From the NCBI GenBank assembly GCA_943704425.1, contig CALSCP010001564.1, forward strand, positions 1 to 60,434: a stretch of DNA of 60,434 bases, given 5' to 3'. Under the pieces are notes generated by a model. That model ran no database searches. It had not been told where the DNA came from and saw nothing but the letters and a program-made list of their open reading frames with translations. Both the position numbers and the translations under genes were made by a program. The stretch comes from Ministeria vibrans ATCC 50519 (Eukaryota; Protista; Filasterea). Positions 47,954-60,434 of the stretch are shown here, one piece after another (position 1 is the first letter of the stretch; every line of letters begins with the position of its first letter).

Positions 47954-50525
47954 TCACTCTTTCTTGCGAGACGCACCAGAGCGCATTCGATCGAGTTCGG
48001 CAGCGGCACTTTTTCGGACGTCGGGAGAGGCAGCGCCACTTCCGGCGACACTGGAGTCGGCAGTGGTGGATGATGAAGGGTTGTGCGTAGTGGAGGAGGA
48101 GGAAGGAACCTTCTTGGAGGTGAGGAGAGAGTTGAAGAAGGTCGCGAGGACGTCCGATTGACCCGCTGCTGCAGCACCGGATGTCGACGACGAATTGCCT
48201 TTAGGGGTGGTGGAGCCACTGCCGGGTGCACTCGCGCCCAGCGACTTGGCTGTGCTGCGCGTCACACGACCCTAGCAGTGAATACAGTTCATGAGTTGGA
48301 GTAAACAGAACACACTAAATTGTACCGTATTAGAGTTTCTTGTGGCGAGAGGAGCGTGAGCCGAGTCGGACTGAGCAGAGGAAGACGCACTGGCAGCAGC
48401 ACTGGAACCCGACGCAGAAGCGCCTGTTGGATTGGTAGAAGGGCTCGCAGAGGTGGGCTGAGAGGGAGCGTCTGCTTCGCTCTCTTGCACTGTTGTAGTG
48501 CCTGCCCTTTGGCTCAAAGCATCCAGAAACACCTGCAGGTCTTCAATGCGCACAGCGTCATTCACTGCTTGCGTCTACACACAACATGATAAAGTTTCAA
48601 TTATAAAACAAACAAACAAAAAAAGCGAAACAGCTCAATTTTAGTTGTGTGGTTCTTATACGCTTTTGACGAGGGGGGCGCGAATGACGTCCTCAAAGGG
48701 CGCAGAGGGGTCCAAAAGCTCCATTTGGTCGCTGAGAATGTCGATTTTAGCGGGAGAATCCCAACCGGCGGGCACAAAGACCGACTCACGGTCGGCCATG
48801 GAGACACCGCGCGAGAAGACGGGACGTCTGACGGGCGTGCGCTCATTACTACTGCTATTTGCGGTGACTGCTTCACTCTCAGCCACACTGTCACTGTTAG
48901 AAGCATTGTTCACTGTCATGTTCGCATGGCGCTCCGCATTCAACCGGTACACAATGTAGCTCTTGAGAAGTGCACAGTTCCCGTTGGTCTTGGCACTCGC
49001 GTAGAGTAGCGCGGCGCCATAGCGCAGGCACATGCGGCGAATGTGCTGCTGCAGATAGTCCATGTGCTCGTCACGGTAGTTGTGGTCCTTCTCCACCGAA
49101 GAAAGTGCATCAGACTAAGAAAGAAGATGAAAAGAAATAAAGTGTGTGTGAGAGAGAAGAAAAGAAACGAAGTGAGAGAAGAAGTAACAAAGAGAAATAG
49201 AGAGGAGAAAGAAAACAAAAGTGATAGAGAGACAGTGAATTCAACGTGAGAAAATGCGTCAAAGAGAGGAGGGAGAAAGAAACAAAGTGATAGAGAAACT
49301 TAATTGAAAACGAATAAGAAAGTCTTACTTTACAGCCAACAACAATAACAGGAATGCCAAGATTCTTTGTGAGAATGGACTCGTCCAAATCAAGTAACAC
49401 CTGTACAAAATAACAAAGGGAAACGTCAATGAGCACAAGAACTAGACTTAAAATAAAGCATATGTACCTGCTCTCCTTCTGCCGTGGGCTTGTCCAACTC
49501 GGTGTATTCCTGCCAGAAACGTACTTCTACATGCACAAACGAACAACGTTCAGTTCCACCTCCCCCCTCCTGGGTTCTCGCATACGTCTTCCACGCTTCT
49601 CTTCCATCTCAACACTAAGCGCCGGATCAGACGCCTCCAAGTCGTCCAAGTGGGCGCTCACAATGTCAAACCACTGTTGCAGTTGCTCAGGCACACTCCA
49701 GGGACGCGTCAGATCCGCCAGAACCAGCAGCAGCGTATGCGGCAGCGTCTCACGCTTGAGTGCAAACCGCAACAACTGTCGATGCCGTGGATCACCGTCA
49801 AGCGTCCAAATCCCAATGTTTCGTCCTACACACACAAAACACACAAAAATAGTCTCAACGGTTCTCTCTCTCTTTATTCTTATTTATTAATGATTATTTT
49901 AATTTTACGATGNNNNNNNNNNTTTTTTTTTTTTTTTTTTTTGGGGTGTCGTTTTGTCGTTTCGCTCTTACCACTTCCGTCCTCGTCGTCCTCTGCTACA
50001 TTTACATACGTATACTCCAAGACACCCATCCCGTGGGTCACCTGCCCCGCAGCAACGCTCGTCAAGCGCGCCACAAGCGCCGTTTTGCCAGCGCCTTTGG
50101 GTCCTGCAAAACGCGCGTCAGTTCGCCATCGTTTCCTGACGCACACAGGGCGCATGCGCGATCGTTCAAGCAAACATGTACACTGTACAGCATAGCGGGA
50201 CGCCATGGGGAGTCTGCCTCGACAGATTATTCATGAAAGTTTCAAGCAAGAGCGCAAAAAGAAGAACAGAGAACGAAAAAAAAAAAAAAAAAACGGACTT
50301 TCACATAACAAAAAAGCGATTGTGGAAGACAGCAGATCGAATGAGACATGGTAAGCACACGCGGAGGGGGGGCGTACCAACAATAACCACAGTCTGGATG
50401 CCGGTGGGAGTTGCGCCGGACTGGTTTGCGACTGAGTTTAGGATTTCCGACCACAATGACTGCGACTCATCGCCCCCGCCACTGCCGCCCCCGTCAGCGC
50501 TTACGCCCTGATCAGTCGGTGCCAT
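47954..50525 (-). CDS. DYNC1LI1: Cytoplasmic dynein 1 light intermediate chain, multi-exon
   Basis: SLWSEILNSV, GPKGAGKTALV, LEYTY, WTLDGD, ADLTRPWS, NLGIPVIVV, DYLQQHIRRMCLRYGAALLYAS, VFVPAGWDS, VLATFFNSLL. Confidence 0.93.
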
Positions 50526-50675
50526 TGTGTCCCAAAACAATCAAAGGAGAAACAAGAGACAAGACAAGAAAAGCTTTTCCTTTTCGTTTCAAAGATCAAT
50601 CTCAAAATTTAATCACAATTACGACAAGTCAAAAATATTCAGTTTAATATTTTCTTTGCTACCCATTACTTCAGC

Positions 50676-51794
50676 ATGAGCACGTGGGTTCGACCAACGG
50701 GTACGGAAACGCCCCTGCAGCTCTACAACAGCTTTACTCGCACAAAGGTACAAATTTTTCGTTTTTTGTCCATCTGTTCCAATCGCGACTCAATCGAAAC
50801 GCCAATCGTTGTGACTCATCTTTTGTGTGATGCTATATGCACCATTCTATCCGGGCTCGCTGATCTGAGAAACGAGAAAAAAAAGAAAAAAAAAAAGTCA
50901 CAATTGACAATCGTTTTGTGTTTCCTGCGCTCGCGTTGTTCTGGTCCATCTCACGGAGTGGTCTGGGTCCACATAAGGGCACTGGCCCCTTGGGGGCTAC
51001 AGCGGGGCACTCTTTATATCGATATTTCGTCCTTTGTGCATTACTCATTGCCATCGACACGTCAGCTCTTGCTAATAAGACATCTCTCGCCTCTGTGCCA
51101 CCTTGCAAGACATCCATCAATGCGAGGTGCACTCATGTGCATCACCAGCTGTGTCGAGAACTCAGAAGGAAAAGCCACTGAGTGACAAAATGTGTTTGTG
51201 TTCCTTTTTTTTGTATCGTAGGAGCCATTTACACTGCGCGACTCGGGCCGCCAAGTGCTTGCGTACAGCTGCGGGCCGACCGTCTACGATGGTAGAAAAA
51301 ATGACTTTTTGTGATGTATATTTTTCTGCTTTTATGTTGCACTAATCATATTATAATGATCATTGTGTTGTAGCGTCTCATATGGGTCATGCACGCTCAT
51401 ACATCACGTTTGACATTATTCGAAGAGTGTTACGGTAAGTGCACGCCTAAATTGTGTGTTGGGTCTGTTTATCTTACACTCTTTCTCCCCATTCCAGCGA
51501 CTACTTTTCTCTTGACGTGTTGTGGGTCATGAACATCACTGACATTGACGACAAAATTATTCTCAAGGCGCGTCGCAACCATCTTTTCGAGACGTAAGTC
51601 GACAGTGAAGAAATAATATTGTACGTTCTTTCAAAGAATTTAATTTGGTGGTTGTGATAGGTACTTTGAGGCAGGTCATGCCGATGAAAAGATTGTGGCC
51701 GACGTCAAATCAGCCACACAAGTGTTCACAGAGAAGCTTGAAAAGAAGGTAGAGAGAAAGAAAGAGAGAGAGTGTATGTGTGATTGTCTCATTT

Positions 51795-51839
<45 letters not shown>

Positions 51840-54800
51840 ATATGTATTCATAGAAAGCCAAGCCGGACAACAATGCGGACGATCTGTTTAAGATCAAGCG
51901 CCAAGACGAACTATTGGCTAGAGTGAATGGTAGTCTTGCGAGCGGAGCTGTAAGAAGAAGAAACCATATTTAGTGACCGTGATTGAGTTTGTGTGTGTTG
52001 TTTTAGAATGCAAAGGATTTGCTGACGAGTGCTCGTGACATTGTCGCCGAGTGGTTGGATGCTCAATTTGGAGCTGACGTACGAAAGCAAAAAGATTTTT
52101 TTTGAGTATTAGGATGCCACTGTGTGCGTGTGCTTAGTGTGCTTAGTGTGTGTTAGGGTGTCGAGATGTTACTTTGTGTGCTTTGGTGTTGTGTGTGTGA
52201 TCGTTTAATCTCGCTCCCTCTTTGCGAACAGGTGAAAGATTTGTCCATCTTCATCAAGACAGCTCGTCACTGGGAAGTTGAGTTCCACAAGGACATGGCG
52301 GCACTGGGTGTAATGCCGGCCGACGTGCTCACTCGTGTCAGCGAATACGGTGAGGATGCACTTTTACACCTTTTATTTATTTATTTCTGTGTGTCAATGT
52401 GTGTGAGTTGTGTTTTGCTCAAACGTAACACTTTTTTGGTGGGTTGTAGTGCCTGAGATTATTACGTATGTGGAGAAGATCATTGCAAATGGGTTTGCGT
52501 ATGAGAGCAATGGATCCGTATACTTTGACACGGACGCATTTGACGCAAGCAAAAAGCACTCGTACAACAAACTGTTGTGGGAGGCGAAGGAAGTGTACAA
52601 TGCGAGCAAAGAAGGAGAAGAAGGGGAGAGTGCACCGTCGGAGTTGAACATGAAGGCACTGTTGGCAGAGGGCGAAGGGGAGTTGAGCAGTGGGGTGAGC
52701 GAAAAGAAGGGTGAGCGGGACTTTGCACTGTGGAAGAAGAGCAAGGCGGGTGAGCCGGCGTGGGAGAGCAAATGGGGCATGGGACGCCCTGGGTGGCATA
52801 TTGAGTGCTCCGCCATGGCAAGGTGAGTGAGTATTGACATGTTCTATTTTACGATCTCCTCGTTGCTCCTACTACCCCTGTTTATGATATATATATATAT
52901 ATATATTTAAAAATCTCATTCACTCTGTCAAAGGTTCTGCACACACACTCTCTCACTTGTTTTATTGTATTATTGTTCTACAACACACTCTTTCATCGCC
53001 CCTTACCCCAGTTTATACTCGCTTATATATGGATTTCAAAAACATTCTCATTCACGCTGTCGAAGGTTCTAGACACACTCTCACTTGTCTATTATTAAAT
53101 TTGTTCTACAACACATTCTTTTCTTTCACTCAAACCTCGATTTATTATTTAACACCCTTATTTATTCACACTCTTTTGCACTTTATTGCACACACACGTG
53201 TTCAGTGACATTGTGGGCTGCAACATGGACATCCACTGCGGTGGCGTTGATCTGCGTTTTCCCCACCACGACAATGAGATTGCGCAGGCCGAGGCGTACT
53301 TTGACACGGAGCAGCAGTGGATCAACTACTTTCTGCACTCGGGTCATTTGGTAATGGGTTTACCCCGTAGCATTCCAGACTGATAGTAACGTCCTTGTTG
53401 TGTGTAGCAAATTGACGGAATGAAAATGTCCAAGTCACTGAAGAACTTCATTACGATTCAAGAGGCACTCGCAATGGACAGCAAACGGGCACTGCGTTTG
53501 CTGTTTCTGCAGCATGGCTGGGCAGATCCCCTGAACTACAGTCGCGATGCAATGGCAATGGCAAAGGAGTATGAGACCAAGTCGAAGGTAGAGGAAAAAG
53601 AGATGGAGAGAAAGCATAATAATTATTCATTTTGTATCGTATTCTTTGGTTTTAGGAGTTCTTTGTCACGCTCAACAGTCTTACTCAGACTCTGGGTGGA
53701 ACCAAAGCCGAAGACGCGAAGAAATGGGGTGACAGCGAGAAGGCTTTGCTTCACTCGTACACACACTTTGTCATTTCCACTCTCGTAAATTTACTAATAA
53801 TTATGCATCATTATTTTGTGTAGGTTCAATGAGAAGCAAAAGGCAGTGGACAGTGCTATTTGTGACAATATCAACACTCGTTCTGCTCTCGAGACAATCC
53901 GTCAGCTCATGACCGACACAAACCGTTACATTGCAGAGAAACAGGTCAGAAACAATTCAATTTGGTCTCTCTTTTTCTTTCTGTATCACTTTGTGTCAGT
54001 TTTTTTTGTTTTTTTTCTTCTATCTCCTTTGGGCCAATTTTTTTTCACTTTGGATTACCTTTTCTTTCTCTCTTTCACTTTGGTTCACTTTGAATCGCTT
54101 TTCTTTTTCTCTCTATCACTTTGGTTCAATTTGGTTCAATTTTTTCTCTTTTATCTCCTTTGGTTCATTTTTTCTCTTTCACTGTGGTTCATTTTGTCAT
54201 TCTCTCTTTCACTTTGGTTCACTTTGTTTTTCTCTCTCTCACTCTCTTCCTTTTATTTCAGGATTCTGTTGATGTGCATCTTTTGCTGTCCATTGGCCGC
54301 TACATCACTCACATTTTCTCTGTGTTTGGCCTCGTGTCGCACTCTGATCGCAATCAAATGGGGTTTGGAGCAGACGATAACTCTCAATCAAACGCGTACA
54401 TAATAATAGTCGAAAAATTGGTTTCACACACTCAATTCTTTGCCCGCTTTTTTTTTTTTTTCACAATCAATAGAAATGCGGATGAAGCAAAGATCCCTAT
54501 TGTGAAGGAATTTGCGTCGTTTCGCGATCAGGTTCGAAAAGTTGCCATGGAAACGAAGGAGAAGGTACTTTTATAAGTGTAGCGACACGTCTTCGGGACA
54601 ATAACCTGATTGTGATGATTATTATTACCATTTTTGTTATTATTATTATTTTTATATTAATTATTATTACATATTTTTATATACTCTAGCGACTGTTGAT
54701 TGCGTGCGATGATGTGCGGGACAATGTGCTTCCGGCTCTGGGAGTGCGTCTGGAGGACCGCGATGGAGGACTAGGCGCGGCGGTGAAGCTGGAGGATCCT

Positions 54801-55191
54801 GCGACGCTGATGAAGGAGCGCGCTGAGAAGTTGGCGGAGGAGGAGAAAAAGTGAGTGTTGCGCTTTTGTGCAAGGCGCGTATAATATAGAATTGAAAATT
54901 TGACGTGTTTTTAGGCGACGAGAAAAGGAGGAGGCGAAGCGCAAGCGAGAGGAAGCGGCTGAGAAGAAGCGCAAACAGGCGATGATTGACCCTACGACTA
55001 TGTTCCGGGGGGAGAGTGAGGGAGCGGGAACGAGTGAGAGTGGCTACAGTGCGTTTGATGATAATGGGATTCCGACGCACGATGCGGCGGGTGTTGAGTT
55101 GACCAAGAGTGCCCGCAAGAAGCTCGACAAGGCCTTTGCCGCTCAGAAGAAGCTCTACGATGCCTATATGGCCGAGTCCGCGTCAAAGTGA
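50676..55191 (+). CDS. CARS1: Cysteinyl-tRNA synthetase, cytoplasmic, many exons
   Basis: [94 protein letters not shown]. Confidence 0.97.
51797..51838. repeat. (TG)n microsatellite, intronic
   Basis: TG run. Confidence 0.9.
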
Positions 55192-55628
55192 TGCTTTTGA
55201 GACAGAGAGGAGGGAGAAAGAAACAACGTGATAGGGAGAGAGAAAGTGTGTGTGCGAATGTGCGAATGAGAGAGCAAGAGAGAATGAAAAACAAAACGTA
55301 TTATTATATTTGAGTTTATTTTTGAGTTGCGTGTGGATTTATTTTATTGTTGAATAGGCAGTGATGACAATGCAAACGGCATTGACATTGGCACCCGAAT
55401 GAATTGAGTGCTTTTATACGACTGGAACCAGCGCTTGAGCAGTGGCCTAAAATATTAATAATGTTTGGTTGCAATGTTGATTTTTTTTGCCGCTTCTACT
55501 CCACAGTGAACGACGAACACGCCCCGTTCTCAATCGAGCCTTTAAACGATTTCGGCGCAAAGACTAAAAGTCCCTTGATCTATCCGTTGGCGAACCATCC
55601 GAACGTAATTTTACACGACTCATTTTTA

Positions 55629-55825
<197 letters not shown>

Positions 55826-56075
55826 GACGTATTATTATTATGTTTATCGTAATATTGTTGTTCAAGTCGCTTGCTTGCTTGTCATACTCAAATAAATACG
55901 GGTTTAGCTATTGGATAGCCACAGTTTTTTTGTTTACGGTATCACCCGTGCTCGTTGTCTCTGATTGGCACTGTTTTGAGGCGCTACATTTTTGGTCATG
56001 AATCCCGCCTTAATGCCAAAATAAAGGAATTCATTGACTTACACGTTCAAACTTTTAAATAAAATATTCATATTT

Positions 56076-56769
56076 TTACTGATTATTTTGATTTATATTG
56101 TGTGTGTCTTGACAGTGATCACAGTACAAATGGTTTGGACATTCATGCCTGAGTTCTGCGTCACTCGGCCAGGGGTCAACGTGCGAGCCGCAACCTAAAT
56201 ATTTTAGTGTTATTGGAGTGTTATTAAAGAAAAAGAATTTGAGGGTCTTTTCTTCCCTCCCCTCAGGCTGCAAATGGAAAAGAGTATAATAACATAATTA
56301 TTATGGTATGTGTGTGTACATTGCCAGTGATGCCTGTGTTCTTTTCCTCTGTGATGACACACGTTTCAAGCGTAGAGTCGGCCTTGAGTTTGACAACGTT
56401 ATTGGCTGTGTTGTCTTGTACTACACTTTCGTCGCGCAGCACCATTTGTTTGACCTCGCTATTCTTGGTCATGATCGTCAGATCACACAGCCAATTGGTC
56501 GAGCCTATGGTTGTGCAAGTTCCCTTGCGAAACCTACGACGAACAAGGCATTGTGAGCTGGCAGTTTGCGGCGGTGTGTCGTGTGGTGGGTGCAAAAAAA
56601 GGACGATTCAGATTCAGGTTCCGCACCAGTCGGTACTTTGACCGGTGGTCGTCGAAAGCGCAGTTGCTCCGGTGCAGAACAGACGCGTCTCGCAACGCTG
56701 AACCGCCGCGTCTGCTCCAGCAGCACAGATCAGGAACACGGCCAAAAGAGTGGCAAGTGGGGCGTGCAT
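56076..56769 (-). CDS. Putative secreted Cys-containing orphan protein (about 3 exons; 3' end uncertain)
   Basis: MHAPLATLLAVFLICAAGADA signal-like start. Splice tg|gtgcgg..cgtag|g gives TDWFRKGTCTTIGSTNWLCDL..; later GCGSHVDPWP..CPNHLYCDHC. Confidence 0.5.
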
Positions 56770-58903
56770 ATCTGAGAGTGAGTGAGTGAGTGAGAGAGAG
56801 AGGAGAGAGAAAAACAGACAAAAAGTCAGACCACCGTCAAAAATGGTTAGAGTCCGCTGGACGTCTAGCCGTGCCCTGTATGTGAGCGAGAAAGCTTTGC
56901 AGTGGAAACTGTGCGCTTCCGAACGAGTTTAGACGTTCAACGACAGAAAACCAAGACAGAAAAAAAATACATGATCGCTTTATGTGTGTTTCCAAGGGCA
57001 CAACCGTGCAGCGCGTTTGCCCCTCGCTGAGATGACTCATTTGAGACGCGGCTCCCACCTGAGATCTCTTCGAGAGAGGCCCAGGGAGTGTTGCACATGA
57101 AGGAAGAAATTTCCTCTCGCGAAATATTTCGGGTCTGCGATTCCCCAAAGCGCAGAGAGAAGCGTCGTTTCTTCTTTACCAATGTATTAGTACTACCCTT
57201 GGTAATAGTTGGCCAAGATCAAACTGACACGCGAGCAGCAAAAGAAGAGTAAGCGACAGAAGAAAATATGTCTCAAAGAAGTCACTGATTCACTCGCGTC
57301 TGATGTGCCTGTTGATGTGGCGTCTGTGTGACTGCATCCCAGGTAAGCTGATGGGGTTTGCAGCAGCTGCTGATCGGGCTGCCGTCTGTTGACGCTGATC
57401 TGGAGTCGCTACAGTGAGTCTGCGGTTGAGCTGCGGTTTCATTGCAATCTAAGAAGAAGAAGACATACAATCATACTTCATAGTAATAATTATTAATATT
57501 ATTAATTTTATTATTATTATTAAAATTTTATTATTGTAATAATAATTATTATTATTATTTTAGAAGTCGACGGTGGAAGTATTGTGATGCTCTTTGTTAT
57601 GACGTATAGCGTCTTGTTTTGACATTGAGTACAGCTCTTGATTCTGTTTTTACTTTTCTTATTGTAATATTGTTAGTAATGATACAGTCGCCAGCCGAAA
57701 AAGAAAAGCGGCCAGACAACTTTGCAAACGCAGCCGAATCTCTACAAGTAGCATGGGAAAAAAGATAGTCATAATAACATTAATAATAACCCAATTTATT
57801 ATAATAAAAGACGTAATAATAAAACTATTATTCTTACTAATAGTTTACTGTCATGACATTTTCAATTCAATTTCGCGCACTGCTCGCCAAACTTATGTCT
57901 TATTCATCCTAGTAAGTCAGAAGGTCGCGACGAGACGATGGACGACTCGAGCGTGGGTAATCTTGCACGGAGATAAGTCTGAGAAAGAGCGTCTGTGAAT
58001 CACTAAAAAAAAGGCAGTGCGTTACCTTCTTATTGGTCCCTCATTGATGTTTAATGTCGTATCGGCCTGCTGACCACGACGCTGCTCCCAACGCTGCCGC
58101 TTCCCTATCTTGCCGTTTGTGGACCCGATTCCACTGCTTGAGAGAACTCTGCCTTTCCACCAAGTCGTCAATATGGTAATCGGAGACACCGTCGGCCACT
58201 CGGAGAGAGTGCTTCCGTGCCCGAGAGCATCCGACCAAAGTGAAGACGATCAGACAACCTTAACACAATCCCTTGTGTGGTTTCTCCGCGCAGGAGAGAA
58301 AGAACAGAAGACGCGACGCTCGTCGTACGCCTGAAATCTTCCATCGGTCACTGGTATGTCTGGGGTTCTGTTCAGAATACGGCTGTACTGTGGGTGCGTA
58401 ACAATTGTGCAAATGACATTTGACATGCGCAATAGCAAATTCATTTCTCAATAATTGAAAATCTTTATTAAAGTGATAAGGTTGAATATACGCGGTAATA
58501 AGCACCTGGGCACGTGAAAGGTCAAAAAAGTGAAGAATGACGATTGACGAGTCAGCCTCTATCACGCGCATATACCTTTCTCTTTTTTGGTCATGGGTCA
58601 ACAATAGTCAAATATCCGCCAGAATCCGCCAAACTGATATGAATAAGAATAAATTGGCCAGAGTGTGTGCAAGAGGCTTTCGTTCAAATGCTCAAATTGG
58701 TGTCATTCACACCAGCGCAATTGTCGTGTCTGTGTAAATTATTGTACGTCTGTCAATTATTGGTGTGCGACTGTTGCAAGCAAAAGTAAACATGACGAGC
58801 AAAATAACCCCTAAAGATATCATACTAACGTTGGAATAGATTTACCAGTCTGTCAAGAAAAAGGTTCACTCAAAAACAAAAAGAATACGGTACAAACATA
58901 AGA

Positions 58904-60434
58904 TTAGGGACCCGGAACAACAGCAGGCACAACCCCATTGCCGGTGCGGTAAATCAGAATGTCGCCGTCGTTCTTTGCGCCGTCCCAATCACTCCAAATG
59001 CGACACACAGACAACGACTGTTCAATGCTCGCATCCAGTGGCTGCAGACGACGACACAGCTCAACCGCCGAGATCACCGTCTCCCCTGCTTCAAACACAC
59101 TCTGATTGGGTCCCAGTGCGTCCACCAGCAGTCGTGTCAGCGTCGTTTCGTCTGCCTCCGCCCACGACGGCGCATCCTTGAGCGTACTCGTAATCATCTG
59201 CCGTCCATGACCCACCACAGGCGCACCCTGCCGTCCCATCGTCAGCGACTCCTCGACACGCAGAGTTCCCGCGCTGCAGAAATCACACACCACAAGCACA
59301 TTGCACCCGCGCCACTCCACCTCATCCTGAAGTATATGGTGCAATGACGAGAGCGAGAAGCGAGTGACTCGTCCGCCAACCGTCGTGTGCGCATCACTCA
59401 ACAAAAGACCTCCTTTGCTGTCCTCCGCTCCATGACCCAACAGATGCACGACAAGCAGCGAGTCTTCACCCGCACTCGCACCCACATCCTGTGCAAGCGC
59501 CTGTGCCGCGACCGTGATCTCGCTTTTGGTCACGCGGTCTCCCTGGTGTCGGTCAACAACCGTGCGCACTGTGAAATTCCGATTGGTCCACAGTTCAGCA
59601 AGCTTGTCGATACTGCTGACGACCGAGGGCAGACTAGGATAACCTCTAAACACAGGATTGACCTCCTTGCCATACCGACTCACCCCAATGATCAACGCTG
59701 CTGCGTGGGTGTACGCTGGAGGAGCACAGACAGCTATAAATCAAAATCAGTAATAGTTTGTAGTTTCGCATTCGTACCATTTCGCTGCGTCACCACCCAC
59801 CACTCTTCCAGTCGCTCGTTGCACACTCGCTCCCCAGGATGCGCTGCCATCTCCGCCCGCACGCTCTCCATTTGTCGGTAGTGCGCCGGTCTGCGCGCAA
59901 CCTTTTTCGCCGGGAACAACGGTGACTCGCTCTTGAGTGGGTGGGCCGGCACAACCACAGGAGTGCCACGCCATCCCCATCGCAGTGACCGCGTCTGCTC
60001 ACACACCACCGCGCAGATACGCTCCACAGTGCGCTGAACTTGCTCCGCGTCACTGTCGTCCATCACATCAATGCGCACAAACGACTCGTTGGCATTGAGC
60101 CGCAGTCGCACAGGCGCACATCCCGCCATCGTCATGGCATTGGTGCAACGCTGCGTCGCCCGGATTGGACTGTCAAGCAGTGACGTGCGCCACAGCGCCA
60201 CCATCAGTAAGTGGAACGTCGCAAGTGAGACGGGAAGCAGCTCGTCGTTGACAAACTGGTACAGGAAGAGTTGCGCGGGAACAGCGACGGGGACGTCGAG
60301 GAATGCAGCATGGTGGGGAAGGAGCATGGGCACAAACAGACGGTCGTCGCGTCGGAGAGCAAGACTCAGTTGATCAAGCGAGCGCATGAACGAGGAGACG
60401 TCGGTGACGTCGGCGCCAGCAAGAAGAGGGACCA
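58904..60434 (-). CDS. 3' part of a probable ROCO-type protein: COR-like domain fused to a C-terminal caspase-like peptidase (C14, clan CD); 5' end outside the window
   Basis: COR-like LDQLSLAL..LFVPMLLP..LPVSLATFHLLMVAL..VRIDV. A 44-nt intron (59734-59777) joins in frame to AALIIGVSRY..LPSV..VTKSEI..LVVHLLGHG..VLVVCDFCSAG. Confidence 0.8.

Noticed and set aside
50920-51010. Partial resemblance to TPP or cobalamin riboswitch motifs in CARS intron 1
   Set aside because: Key conserved elements are missing and the TPP-like words are on the antisense strand
56605-56620. In-frame TGA codons suggesting stop-codon reassignment or selenocysteine
   Set aside because: Removed by a plausible GT-AG intron; conserved genes here use TGA, TAA and TAG as normal stops

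Overview
Gene-dense, intron-rich nuclear DNA from a eukaryote. It has short GT-AG introns, (AAT)n/(GA)n microsatellites and polyQ tracts. AP-5, COMMD, cyclin G/I, a SOCS-box protein and the ciliary gene KATNIP suggest a flagellated protist, possibly related to opisthokonts (inference). Conserved genes, left to right: ankyrin+SOCS-box, AP5B1, COMMD6, TP53RK/Bud32, rolling-stone-like, cyclin G/I, ZnT5, KATNIP, DNAJC9, MOSC, GH28, DYNC1LI and CARS. Four accessory features stand out. (i) A secreted EGF+PKD+DUF285 chimera has its bacterial-type repeats each encoded by a separate 72-nt phase-0 exon. (ii) A ~10.9-kb tandem duplication of a four-orphan-gene cassette (24753-45139) shows mosaic identity, from near-identical tracts to unalignable ones. 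(iii) A bacterial-like MOSC gene and GH28 gene sit head-to-head next to that cassette. (iv) At the right edge, a COR-like domain is spliced in frame to an intact caspase-like (C14) protease. All gene models were built by hand from splice signals and recalled family motifs; no database search was run.
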